A stretch of 64,000 nt of DNA from an uncultured delta proteobacterium (GCA_963727445.1 CAVSGI010000020.1:160001-224000); one strand, 5' to 3'. Shown: positions 1 through 9,725, counted from the stretch's first letter. Notes: generated by a model not told the origin, from the sequence alone. Program-made: numbers and translations.

Positions 1-350
1 TGGGCGCGCTCGAAGGCCGCGCCGATACGGCGCTGGAGCTCGTCGTCCGAGAGCCGACCGAGCGCGCCGAGGGTTCGTGTGTCGTTTTGGACGAGCTCGT
101 CGAAGCGCGCGTGGTCGCCCTGGACGAGGGCGTCGATCGCTCGGTCCACGCTGCGGCGTCGCAGCGATTGGGTCGGGGACTCGCAGCGCTGGGGCCGCGT
201 GCCCCGTGTGGATCGCGGGGCGTCGACTCCGTCGAGAAGCTCGAGCACCGGCGCCGCATGTGCAGCAGGGCCCGTTCCCATCGTGTCGGGCGGAGGCGGC
301 CTGTGGGCGCCGGGGGTTCTGACGGGGCTGCTGCGAACGGGGTCGGTCAT
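1..350 (-). CDS. Hypothetical protein, 5' part only (runs off the window start)
   Basis: ATG at 350 with GGAGG RBS just upstream; frame open to position 1 (MTDPVRSSPVRTPG...IDALVQGDHARFDELVQ). Absent from the ORF track because there is no stop in the window. Confidence 0.6.
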   Translation of the reverse strand, partial: MTDPVRSSPVRTPGAHRPPPPDTMGTGPAAHAAPVLELLDGVDAPRSTRGTRPQRCESPTQSLRRRSVDRAIDALVQGDHARFDELVQNDTRTLGALGRLSDDELQRRIGAAFERA

Positions 351-406
351 GGTTCCTCCGAGTGAGATGTGTGCTTATCGGAGGAGGGTGGGGCGAGTTG
401 CGTGGT

Positions 407-537
407 GTGAGATCCGTGAGATCCGAACCAGGTTGGCCAAACCGTCGCGCAGGGATGTGTGGTGAGATCCGAACCAGGTTGGCCAAACCGTCGCGCAGGG
501 ATGTGAGATCCGAACCAGGTTGGCCAAACCGTCGCGC
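407..537 (+). repeat. Left tandem array of REP-like repeat (three 35-bp copies plus a 9-bp truncated copy)
   Basis: GTGAGATCCGAACCAGGTTGGCCAAACCGTCGCGC at 416-450, 462-496 and 503-537; truncated GTGAGATCC at 407-415. Confidence 0.95.
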
Positions 538-646
538 GGCCTCGCTTGATTGACGAATGATCTCGCAAGAGCGACCTGCGGTGGTGTTGTGGGCCGGGAG
601 GTGGCGGCCGCCGGCGAAGTGGCGGCGGTTCCGCCGCGAAACGTCG

Positions 647-692
647 CCAAGTCCCCGAAATCACGTCGCGGATATTGGGCACGGGCCTCGCT
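647..692 (+). promoter_or_regulatory. Candidate sigma-54 promoter with upstream IHF-like site for the Y1 transposase gene
   Basis: GGGCACGGGCCTCGCT at 677-692 has GG-N10-GC spacing; CCAAGTCCCCGAAATCA at 647-663 resembles an IHF site. Confidence 0.4.
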
Positions 693-707
693 TGTGCCTC
701 GCACCCA

Positions 708-1712
708 GTGGGTCATCTTCGCCGTGATGTGCGTCCAGGCAAGGTGTACCTCGTCTCTCGACGATGTACGCGGCGCCACTTTCTGCTCACGCCGGACCTC
801 GACGGCGTGGTGGCGCGCATCTTCTTCTACTTGCTGGGCTTCGCGGCGCTATTGACCGGCGTGCAGGTGTGCGCCGTCTGTGTGATGTCGTCGCACTTTC
901 ACCTGGTGATCGTCGACCGCTGGGGACGACTGCCGGACTTCCTCTTCCACCTCGACCGCAACCTCGCGCTCGCGATGAAGGACTTCCGCGGCTGGCCCGC
1001 GGAAGTGTTCGACAAACAGCAGTGTTCGGCGGTCGAGCTCGTGAGCATGGAGGCGATTGTGGACAGGCTCGCCTACACGATCGGCAACGGCGCCAAGTCG
1101 TTCGCGGTGCGTTACGCGAAGGACTGGCCAGGGGCGGTGACGCGCCTCGACGAGCTCGGCGGCCGCACCATCCGCGCCGAGCACATGCCCTTTTGGTGTA
1201 GCGCTCCGGGACGAAGAGACCCCGAAACCAAGCAACGGCTCGAGCCGGCGGAACAATGGGTCGCCACCGAAGACGACCCGCCCAGGGTGGGTGGCGGCTG
1301 GCCGCACGCCGTCGAATACGACATGGGCCTGCCACAGGTGCTGCTCGACCAATTGCCTCGACAAGAGGTGATACGTCGGGTGGGCGCCGGAGTGAGGAAG
1401 CTCGAGCGCGAGGCGTGGGACGAGGCGAGCAAGCGCGGCATCTCGTTCATGGGGCCGAGGCGCGCACTTCGTCAGAAGCACACGCGGCGTGCGAACAGCT
1501 ACGAGACATTTGGCGCGCGCAATCCTCGCTTCGCGGCGAGTGGCGATCGAGACGAAGCGCGCGCGGCGGTCGCGCGAAACCGAGCGTTCGATGCGGAGTA
1601 CGGTCAGGCGTGGTCCCACTGGGGTTCTGGTGACCGGCGACGCGCCGTGTTTCCGTATGGCACCTGGAAGATGCGTGTGCAGCACAACGCTCGCTGCCGG
1701 CCACCTCCCTAG
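708..1712 (+). CDS. REP-associated tyrosine transposase-like (RAYT/TnpA-REP, IS200/IS605 Y1 HUH superfamily) with C-terminal extension
   Basis: YLVSRRC N-terminal motif, VMSSHFHLVI HUH motif, LAYTIGN catalytic Tyr helix, DWPG; flanked by inverted repeat arrays. Start taken as GTG708 (ORF is open from TTG675). Confidence 0.85.
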   Translation: MGHLRRDVRPGKVYLVSRRCTRRHFLLTPDLDGVVARIFFYLLGFAALLTGVQVCAVCVMSSHFHLVIVDRWGRLPDFLFHLDRNLALAMKDFRGWPAEVFDKQQCSAVELVSMEAIVDRLAYTIGNGAKSFAVRYAKDWPGAVTRLDELGGRTIRAEHMPFWCSAPGRRDPETKQRLEPAEQWVATEDDPPRVGGGWPHAVEYDMGLPQVLLDQLPRQEVIRRVGAGVRKLEREAWDEASKRGISFMGPRRALRQKHTRRANSYETFGARNPRFAASGDRDEARAAVARNRAFDAEYGQAWSHWGSGDRRRAVFPYGTWKMRVQHNARCRPPP

Positions 1713-1865
1713 ACGCCTCCACATGGCCGCTCGCGTGCTTGGGTCGTTCCCGGGCACGCATCGTTGCGTCCGGCGGGCGAGACGGGGTGCAATCATGCAG
1801 CCACAGGGGCATGCACGGGGCTGACCGGACGGAGGTTTCAGGGCATCAGGTGTCATGTGGGCGTC
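1712..1865 (+). ncRNA. Candidate structured RNA/ssDNA element directly after the transposase stop codon
   Basis: Hand-traced nested stems: 1712-1727/1852-1865 (14 bp, 2-nt bulge), 1733-1743/1749-1759 (11 bp, two G-U), 1767-1773/1825-1831 (7 bp), 1787-1791/1812-1816. Confidence 0.4.
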
Positions 1866-1880
1866 GTCGCGCGCCGTGCA

Positions 1881-2043
1881 CGACCTTCGCGTCCCGTCTG
1901 ACGTGCCTGCGCCCCAGTCAACCTGGTTCGGATCTCGCCCCGACCTTCGCGTCCCGTCTGACGTGCCTGCGCCCCAGTCAACCTGGTTCGGATCTCGCCC
2001 GGGTTCGGATCTCGCCCGGATTCTCGCCCCCCCGGATCTCGCC
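1881..2043 (-). repeat. Right tandem array (two identical 60-bp units plus three truncated copies) carrying the same core in inverted orientation
   Basis: 1881-1940 equals 1941-2000; each contains CAACCTGGTTCGGATCTC (1919-1936, 1979-1996), the exact reverse complement of the left-array core GAGATCCGAACCAGGTTG; shorter copies at 2002-2017, 2017-2029 and 2033-2043. Confidence 0.95.
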
Positions 2044-2168
2044 GAAGTGCGGCTCTCGCACAACCGTTGTGCAAGACTCGCCGAAGATGCCGAGATCTCT
2101 TCAATCGTGGGCGTTTTTGGGCCGGTCCGGTTATTGCGATGTCGTCCCTTCGGAAGCTGGAGGTCGAC

Positions 2169-4278
2169 ATGGAGCTGAAGATTCGGAAACTCGTCGTTGG
2201 TGCGTCGCTCATCGCCTGGGTGGTGGCAACCGGGGGGTGTCTACCACCAACCGACGAGGATCTCGGCGACATCACGCGCATGGGGGACGGCGACGGAGGC
2301 ATGGGGGGCGATTCCGACTTTCTCGATCCCTTCAATGATCCCGCCGACGACATGCTCGCGGAAGCGGAGCGGACCTTCGGCGGACGCGGCGGCGCGAACC
2401 TTGGCGCGCAGAACGTGGGAAGCGCCGCCACCAGCGCCAGCGCCACCGGCGTCGGCGCGGAGGCGGGGCCGGACGAGACCGGCGTCGAGCAGTGGCTCGC
2501 CGACCCGTGCGAGACCCTCACTCCCACGCACATGGGCACGGACGGTCGGGATGTCATTCATGGCACACCCCATCGTGACATCATCTTCACCGGCAAAGGG
2601 GATGACGAGATTCTGGGGCTATGGCGGCTCCGACATCATCTGCGCCGGCGGAGGCGAAGACGAGATCCACGGCGGGGATGGAAACGACTACATCGACGCG
2701 GGCTTCGGCCGCGACCGCGTCTTCGCGGGTCCTGGGAACGACACCGTCCATGGGCGGAGCGGCGGCGACACGATTCACGGCGATGAGGGCAACGACCTCC
2801 TCTTCGGCGATCTCCTCGACGACGACATCTACGGCGATGAAGGCAACGACATTCTCATCGGTGGTCACGGCAACGACCTCCTGCACGGCGGCAAGGATGA
2901 CGACTGGCTCCGCGGTGACACGAATCACGACGAATTCGTCGGTGGTCAGGGCAATGACACCGCGAGCTTCATGACCGCCACGCCGCCCGGGCAGTCTCTC
3001 GGCGACTTCAGCTTCGGCGACGGCGTGATCGTGATCGAGGACGACGTCTCCGCTGGCTTCGCGGCTGGGGACGGAAAGCCCGAATCGATGGCCGGCGTCG
3101 AGACGGTGATCGGCTCCGCCTTCGACGACTATCTGGAGGGTGACGTCGGGACGGCACGTCTGGTGGGCAGCTTCGGCAACGACTCCATCGCCGCGACGTC
3201 GGGGGCAGTCGCCGATGGCGGGCCGGGAGCCGACACGTGCTCCGGAGCGCCGTGCGACGACGTCGGCGAGCCCGCGGGACGTCCGGAGGGAGCGTTCGTA
3301 TTCCTGGCGACGGGCCCGACGGACCTCGGGCTCGTGATGCTCGGCAGCGACGCGGACGACACGTTCCTCGTCCGTATCACCGCGGGAGTCGCGCACGTCA
3401 GTGCGGCCCCGGGGACGACGCTCACCGCGGGACCCGGCTGCGCGATGGGCGCCTCACCGCATCTGGTGCGCTGCGTCCTCGGCGCACAGCTGCGCTACAT
3501 CGTCGGGTGGGGCGGCGCGGGTAACGACTACATCGACCTTCAGGGAAATGGTTTCCCGCGCGACATGGAGGCGACCCTCGACGGGGGCGATGGCGACGAC
3601 ACGCTGTCGGGCCACGGCGGTCAGGACATCATGTTCACGGGGGCGACCGGCAACGACAATCTGCTCGGCAACGACGGCGACGACGCGCTGCTGAGTCTCA
3701 GCACCGACAGGGACATCATGGATGGAGGTGGCGGCAACGATCAGCTCGTGAGCAACTACCCTTGCGGCGGCCACGTGTTCGGTGGGGGCAGCGGCCGCGA
3801 TGTCGGCGGATTCGCCCGCGTGGGGACCCACTTCGACACCCCCGAGGAGCGCCAGCGCCAGCGCATCCAAGCGCAGATCGGCTTCCGTGCCTTCCAGCCC
3901 GCGATCTGTTCGATGGACGAGGGCACACATCTCGCAAACGACATCGAGATTCTCGAAGGCGCGGGTGGAAACGACGAGCTGACGGGCAACGACGAGGACA
4001 ACACCATCTGGGGCTGGGGTGGCGATGACACCATCCGCGGCCTCGGCGGCAACGACACCATCGAAGGCCACGAGGGCGACGACCTGATCTACGGCGGCGC
4101 CGGCCGCGACCGACTCCGCGGCGGCGCAGGTGCGGACCGCTTGTGGGCGAGCGACGGTGAAGCCGACATCGAGCTCAACTGCGGTGCGAATGGTGGCACG
4201 CTCGAATCGAGGGACCCGTCGGACCCCGCCGCGGGATCGTGTCAGGGTGGCGTGGGTGGTGCGGAGCCTGCTCGCTGA
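2169..4278 (+). CDS. RTX/hemolysin-type Ca-binding repeat lipoprotein, split by a +1 frameshift at 2611-2612
   Basis: GGAGG RBS, signal peptide ending ATGGC, many GGxGxD nonapeptides; removing one T from GAGATTCTGG restores DDEIWGYGGSD, matching the later repeat NTIWGWGGDD. Confidence 0.85.
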
Positions 4279-4450
4279 GGCGCGTTGGCATCGATGGACC
4301 TCTGGCATACGGACCCGAGCGGCTGGCCCTGACGGGATCGACATTCATGGGGATGGGGTCGGCGCCGACCAGCATGGTTCGGTCCGATCCGAAAGGTGAG
4401 TGGCTTCGTATTGAACACATCCCCCCACCTCTCACCTGGAGGCCCTCCCC

Positions 4451-5332
4451 ATGGCCGTCTCGATCCGTGTGCTCCTCTCACTCGCAACCGTCACCGCCTG
4501 CGCCTGCGCCGCGGAGGTACCCCCACCGGGCGGACGAACCGAGGCGCTCGAGAGCGCCTGTATCGTTCGCGGCGACGTCGACGTCTTCGACCTCACCCTC
4601 GCCCTCAAGTACTTCAAGTGGAACGGCACCACTCATGACGCGGTGGGCATCAACCACGTGCTGAACGACATCGAGGATCTCGAGGCCAAGCTCGCGACCG
4701 AGACCGATCCGGACGCGATCGACAAGCTCGGGCGACGTATCGCCAACGGCCGGTACCTGCTCCGTTATCGATCGATGTTCCTGAACTCGTCGGGCAAGAT
4801 CGCCAAGCGCAAGGTCAAGAACCACGACCCGTCTGCGGTGGCGACCTGTGACGACGCGGGATGCGAGGCTGGCGCCGACGAAGACGCGCGCTTCATCCAC
4901 CACGCCTACCGCACATTCACCGGCCGCGATGCCACCCCCGCAGAGCTCGCGGCCGCCCTGGCGGTGCTCCCCGATCGCAGCGCTTCCGACTACGACGCCA
5001 CCGACGACTACCGTGACGAGCTCGCTGCATGGGTAGAGGCCACCTTCACCGCTGACGTGTGCGACTCGGATGGCGTCGTCGTCCTCGATCCGTCCTGGTA
5101 CTACGGGCGTCTCGCATGGCTCGCGTTGGGACACGGCGCCAGCGATCCGCTCTTCGACACGGTGGAGATCGACGGCGAGATCATCGTCCTGGGCGGCTCC
5201 TGCGAGTCCGAGATGAGCACCGCTTATGGGCGGACCTTCTTCAGCACCGAGTACATCGCGCCGGCCTCCGACTCCTACCGCTACAACCTCAACCCCGACG
5301 CCACGCCCTCGAGCTGCCCGCAGCCGCTCTGA
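4451..5332 (+). CDS. Hypothetical lipoprotein with a DUF4214-like helical motif
   Basis: GGAGG RBS, lipobox-like VTAC, coding-like codon usage; FIHHAYRTFTGRDATPAEL motif. Confidence 0.7.
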   Translation: MAVSIRVLLSLATVTACACAAEVPPPGGRTEALESACIVRGDVDVFDLTLALKYFKWNGTTHDAVGINHVLNDIEDLEAKLATETDPDAIDKLGRRIANGRYLLRYRSMFLNSSGKIAKRKVKNHDPSAVATCDDAGCEAGADEDARFIHHAYRTFTGRDATPAELAAALAVLPDRSASDYDATDDYRDELAAWVEATFTADVCDSDGVVVLDPSWYYGRLAWLALGHGASDPLFDTVEIDGEIIVLGGSCESEMSTAYGRTFFSTEYIAPASDSYRYNLNPDATPSSCPQPL

Positions 5333-5380
5333 CGGGGAAAGGTTTCCGCTCGGAACGAGACCCCGTAGCATCGGACTCGG

Positions 5381-7267
5381 ATGGCACGCTTCCTCTCACT
5401 CATCGCCCTCTTCTCGTCGACGACGACTGTCGGCTGCTCCGACGACGGCGTGAGCGTCATCGTCGATTTGAAGACGGACCTGGTGCCTGGCGTGGAGTTT
5501 TCACGGGTGGAGACGGCGATCGTGGACGAGCCCGCGCTGGGCGCACCGGTGACCGTTCGCACCGCGCAGGAGCTCTCTGTGGAGCTGGCCCAGCCCTTCA
5601 TCGATGGCCGCCGCGTCGCGGAGTTCTCGGGCGTGCCGGAGGCGACGACCCTCCTGCGTGTTCGACTCTTCGACGCGCGCGGCCGCGAGACGACGGAACG
5701 CTTCACCCGTGTGGCGGTTGCCGGCGACACGGCCGTCACGGTGCTCCTCACCCGCAACTGCGTGGATGTCACCTGTCCCTCTGATGAAAGCGCGACGGGG
5801 CTTCAGGCGTGTCTCGACGGGGCATGCGTCGACGAGCGCTGCAGCCCGGAGACGCAGGAGTTCTGTCCCGACGCCGTCTGTAGCCCGGCGACGGTCGATA
5901 CCGATTGCCCGATGCGGGCCGACTGCGCCACCGCCACCTGCGACGATGGCGTGTGTCTCTACGGCTCGGCCGCGTCGGCGTGCGATAGCGACGAGTGGTG
6001 CAATCCCGAGGTCGGCTGTGAGTCGATCCCCGTCATCGGCGGCGACGCGGGGAACGACGGCGGCGTCGATGGCGGCGACGCCGAGATGGACACCGGACCT
6101 GCCGGTGAGTGCGACGAGCAACCCGCCGGCGCGGCGTGCGGCGCGAGCGGTCAGGTGTGCGACGGTCGTGGCGGGTGCCAAGACGTGCTGGCAGGCGTGC
6201 GGAGCATCGATGTCGGCTGGGAGCACGCGTGCGCGGTGATGAGCGACCGGCGCGTGGTGTGCTGGGGAAACAACGATCAGGGTCAGCTCGGTCCCAACAC
6301 CCTGGTGGTCCACAACCGCCCGGTCTACGTTCCGGGCGTCGCGGACGTCGAGCAGATCGCTACGGGGTGGTACTTCACCTGCGCGCGGCACGTCGATGGA
6401 ACGCTGAGCTGTTGGGGCGACAACGTCGAAGGCCAGCTGGGCGACGGAACGACCCGCAACGACCGACCGGCCGTCGAGCAGGTGGCCGGGATCGACGACG
6501 CGATCCTGGTGGACGCCGGCGCGAACATGACGTGCGTGATCCACGCGGGCGGTACCCTCTCCTGCTGGGGCTGGAATCGCGCAGGTCAGCTCGGCGACGG
6601 GAGCGGCATGTCGCAGTACACGCCAGCGGACGTCTCGCTCCCCACCACCGTCGTGGACGTCGACACCATCGGCGACGGTCACACCTGCGCGCTCGCCACC
6701 GACGGTCGCGTCTTCTGCTGGGGCGACAACGACTACGGACAACTGGGCACCGAGATGAGCCCCACCACGACGCCCACCGTGCCGGTGCTGGACGTCAGCG
6801 ACGCGGTGGCGATCGACACGACGGAGGACGGGACCTGTGCGACCCGCATGGGTGGTCAGGTGATGTGCTGGGGCCGCAACGCACTTTCGCGTTTCACCGC
6901 CGCGGGCCCCGAGCTGCAGACGAGGCCCACGGCGACGAGCTTCCCGATGGCTTCGGCGCTCCAGATGTCGCGGTCGATGACTTGCGTCACGCCGCTCGCG
7001 GGCGGAGCGCCCGTTTGCGTCGGGGAGGACGGTCGTCCGGGCGACGGCTCCGTTGGCGCCATGACCCCGGTCGCCGTGAGCTCCCCCGCGGCGGACTTCC
7101 GAGCGTTGGTCTTGGAAGGGAACAGCGGTTCGGGAACGGTCGCCTGCGGGATCCGAAGTGGGGACGACTCCGTGTACTGCTGGGGCGCCAACGGCGTGGG
7201 GCAGCTCGGCGATGGGACCCTCACTCAGCGCCTCCAGCCGGTTCCGGTGTTGCCGCCGACACCGTGA
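5381..7267 (+). CDS. RCC1-repeat beta-propeller lipoprotein with Cys-rich linker
   Basis: Signal ending VGC; repeated CWGxNxxGQLG motifs. Confidence 0.9.
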   Translation: MARFLSLIALFSSTTTVGCSDDGVSVIVDLKTDLVPGVEFSRVETAIVDEPALGAPVTVRTAQELSVELAQPFIDGRRVAEFSGVPEATTLLRVRLFDARGRETTERFTRVAVAGDTAVTVLLTRNCVDVTCPSDESATGLQACLDGACVDERCSPETQEFCPDAVCSPATVDTDCPMRADCATATCDDGVCLYGSAASACDSDEWCNPEVGCESIPVIGGDAGNDGGVDGGDAEMDTGPAGECDEQPAGAACGASGQVCDGRGGCQDVLAGVRSIDVGWEHACAVMSDRRVVCWGNNDQGQLGPNTLVVHNRPVYVPGVADVEQIATGWYFTCARHVDGTLSCWGDNVEGQLGDGTTRNDRPAVEQVAGIDDAILVDAGANMTCVIHAGGTLSCWGWNRAGQLGDGSGMSQYTPADVSLPTTVVDVDTIGDGHTCALATDGRVFCWGDNDYGQLGTEMSPTTTPTVPVLDVSDAVAIDTTEDGTCATRMGGQVMCWGRNALSRFTAAGPELQTRPTATSFPMASALQMSRSMTCVTPLAGGAPVCVGEDGRPGDGSVGAMTPVAVSSPAADFRALVLEGNSGSGTVACGIRSGDDSVYCWGANGVGQLGDGTLTQRLQPVPVLPPTP

Positions 7268-7616
7268 CGACGCCGTCCGCTGTCCTTCAATCCGAGCTGC
7301 TTCGCATCGCCTGTGGCGGCTCGATGCAGGCTCGGTGCGCCATCGCACCGGAAACGGCCCGGCTTCGTTCTCCATCGTGAGGGGGGCGGTCGCCGGGCAG
7401 AACGAGGGGCTCTGGCTCGTCATCCTCGAGTGGTGGCTCGCTGACCGCCGGCGGAGACGGTTCGGCGGCGCGGAGGTGCGGCGTCGAGCGCGGCCGCGGC
7501 TCTACCTCGTCGTGGCAGGCAGCGAGGACGACCGTTCGACCGACTTTCGTTGCGTGGGCTCGCGGTCTGAGAGATCCTCCGGGGTCGCGCCATTTGATGC
7601 GCTGAGGAGGCTGTCC

Positions 7617-8516
7617 ATGAAGAAGTGGGCGAAGCGTCTGGGGATCGTGTTAGGCGCGCTCGCGCTGTTGCTCCTGCTCGCAGGCTTCGGGGCGTACGGA
7701 ACGAGCCGCTGGAAGGAGGCGGCCACCTACGAGATCACGGCCGCCAGTTTCGAGGTCCCGGAGTCACCGGAGGACCTCGTCGAGGGTGAGCGGCTCTTCA
7801 TCGCGCGCGGCTGTGGCAGTCCGGATTGTCACGACGCGGACGCGGGCGGGCACGTGATGATGCGAGATGGGCCCTTCGGGACCATCTCGGCTGCGAACCT
7901 CACCCGGAGAACCCGCGACTTCACGGCCTCCGATTGGGACCGCGCCGTGCGTCACGGCTTGCGGGCGGACGGCCGTTCCCTGGTCTTCATGCCATCGCTC
8001 GACTTCGTGAACATGAGCGATCACGAGCTGGGCCTCCTGGCTGGCTACGTTCGTAGCCTGCCCGTGGTCGATCGCGACCTGCCGGAGACCGATATCGGGA
8101 TGCTGGCCCGGGTCATCGATCTCGCCGGCGCGTTCGTGCTCTTTCCCGCGTCCGCGATCGACCATGACTCGGTCGCGAATCCGGATCCCGAGCCCGGTCG
8201 CACCGTCGAATATGGCGAGTACATCGCGGCGCTGTGCAGCGGGTGTCACGGTGAGCACTTCTCCGGGGGACCGATCCCCGGCGCTCCGCCCGAGATGGGG
8301 ACGCCATTGAATCTCACGCCTCACGAGACGGGTCTGGCAGGCTGGACCGAAGAGGATCTGCGGACCGTTCTTCGAACCGGTGTGACGCCCGACGGTCACC
8401 AGATCGATGCCGCCCAGATGCCGTGGCCGACCCTGTCGCGGATGAGCGACGACGAGATCGGCGCTCTCTTCATGTTCTTGCAGCGCCTGCCACCGCTCGA
8501 AGAGGGCAATCGCTGA
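7617..8516 (+). CDS. Membrane-anchored diheme c-type cytochrome
   Basis: GAGGAGG RBS, N-terminal TM helix, heme motifs CGSPDCH and CSGCH, NLT motifs, FMPS/QMPW candidate Met ligands. Confidence 0.85.
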   Translation: MKKWAKRLGIVLGALALLLLLAGFGAYGTSRWKEAATYEITAASFEVPESPEDLVEGERLFIARGCGSPDCHDADAGGHVMMRDGPFGTISAANLTRRTRDFTASDWDRAVRHGLRADGRSLVFMPSLDFVNMSDHELGLLAGYVRSLPVVDRDLPETDIGMLARVIDLAGAFVLFPASAIDHDSVANPDPEPGRTVEYGEYIAALCSGCHGEHFSGGPIPGAPPEMGTPLNLTPHETGLAGWTEEDLRTVLRTGVTPDGHQIDAAQMPWPTLSRMSDDEIGALFMFLQRLPPLEEGNR

Positions 8517-8702
8517 GACGGCAAGATCTGAGCGCCCCAATCGATGCCGGCGGAGCTCAGCGTGTCGAGCGGGCTTACCGTCCACCCATCCACGATGCAC
8601 GCCGTCACGTCGATCGCCGCGTCCCTCGGCGTGCCGGTGTCTTCCAGCGCGTTGAACAGCCGCGCTCTCGAGTCCGCCGTGGGCGGCCCGGGAAGGCGAT
8701 CA

Positions 8703-9725
8703 TCAGTAGAGGATGCTCTTGCTCGGCTCACGTGCTGGGGGCAGGTCCGTCTCGTCGACAATCTGCCGTATGTCGCGCTCGATGCCGCGCGCGATTGTCG
8801 AGATCGGCACGTCGTTGGATAGCCCCTCGAAAGGGTTCTCACTCCAGTCGCCGATCCGATCGGTCGTGAGGAAGACCCAGCTCACGAGCGTCGAGAACGG
8901 AATCGCCGCCCACACGGCCGCGCCCGCCTGGAGCTCCTCGAACGCCTCGAGCATGCCGAGCGGCACGAGCGCGCAGAATGCCACTGCGAAGAAGAAATTC
9001 ACCGTCGCGTACTGCCGAGGGAAAGGGAAGTTCTTGATACGCTCGGCCTTGCCCTGCTGTGCCATCAGTTCGATGAGCAGGTCCTGCAGCTGCATGTGCG
9101 AGAACGGATCGAGCAGACGCTTCGCGCGCAGCGACGCGAGGTGACGGGACTGGTTGGCGAGCAGGTGAGCAGGCGGATTGATGCGGGAGAGCACGTCCTC
9201 CAACTCGTCGGGGTCGAGGTTCTTGGCCAGCACCTCGCGGAGGTTCTCGTCGTACTCGGGAACGCCTGCCCTCTCCCGCAGACGGTCGAACGCCGTGCCG
9301 TGATGCTCCCAAGTCTGAACCTTTCGGAGCTGGTAGCGAAGCGCGTCGAGCCACGCGATGTGGCGATGCACCAACATCGCGCGCTCGGCGCGCAGCGCGT
9401 CCTCAGCGGCCTCGCGATGGTCGGGGAACGCGTCCGTGACGAGATCGCGGGCGCTGAAGGCCCACGAGCGGGATGCGTTCACGATGGCGCCCCAGATCTT
9501 CCTCGCCTCCCACATCCGATCGTACGAGGCGTTGTTCTTGAACCCCAGATAGAACGCGACAGCAACGGCGACAGCGGAGAGCGGGAGCCACGGGATCGAG
9601 AGCCAGTCCCATCCAGCCAGCTCATGCAGCGCCGTGAGCGCGGCAGACCACACGAGCGGAATGACGATGAGGGAGCGGCTCCAGCCGAGCGTCTCGAAGA
9701 CTCGATAGCGACGTCCAATGTGCAT
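8703..9725 (-). CDS. Bestrophin family ion channel (YneE-like)
   Basis: YLGFKNNASYDRMWEARKIWG, ERIKNFPFPRQY and ENPFEG motifs. Confidence 0.92.
   Translation of the reverse strand: MHIGRRYRVFETLGWSRSLIVIPLVWSAALTALHELAGWDWLSIPWLPLSAVAVAVAFYLGFKNNASYDRMWEARKIWGAIVNASRSWAFSARDLVTDAFPDHREAAEDALRAERAMLVHRHIAWLDALRYQLRKVQTWEHHGTAFDRLRERAGVPEYDENLREVLAKNLDPDELEDVLSRINPPAHLLANQSRHLASLRAKRLLDPFSHMQLQDLLIELMAQQGKAERIKNFPFPRQYATVNFFFAVAFCALVPLGMLEAFEELQAGAAVWAAIPFSTLVSWVFLTTDRIGDWSENPFEGLSNDVPISTIARGIERDIRQIVDETDLPPAREPSKSILY

Noticed and set aside
675..1712. IS605-type element with TnpB or IscB
   Set aside because: No RuvC or zinc-finger ORF is adjacent; only the Y1 protein is present.
407..2043. 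CRISPR array or mini-array interpretation of the repeats
   Set aside because: Sequences between cores are identical or only a few bases long, so there are no unique spacers, and no cas genes are in the window.
7290..7560. Minus-strand lipoprotein-like reading (VVLAACHDEVEP...)
   Set aside because: No start codon or full signal peptide; at most a remnant.
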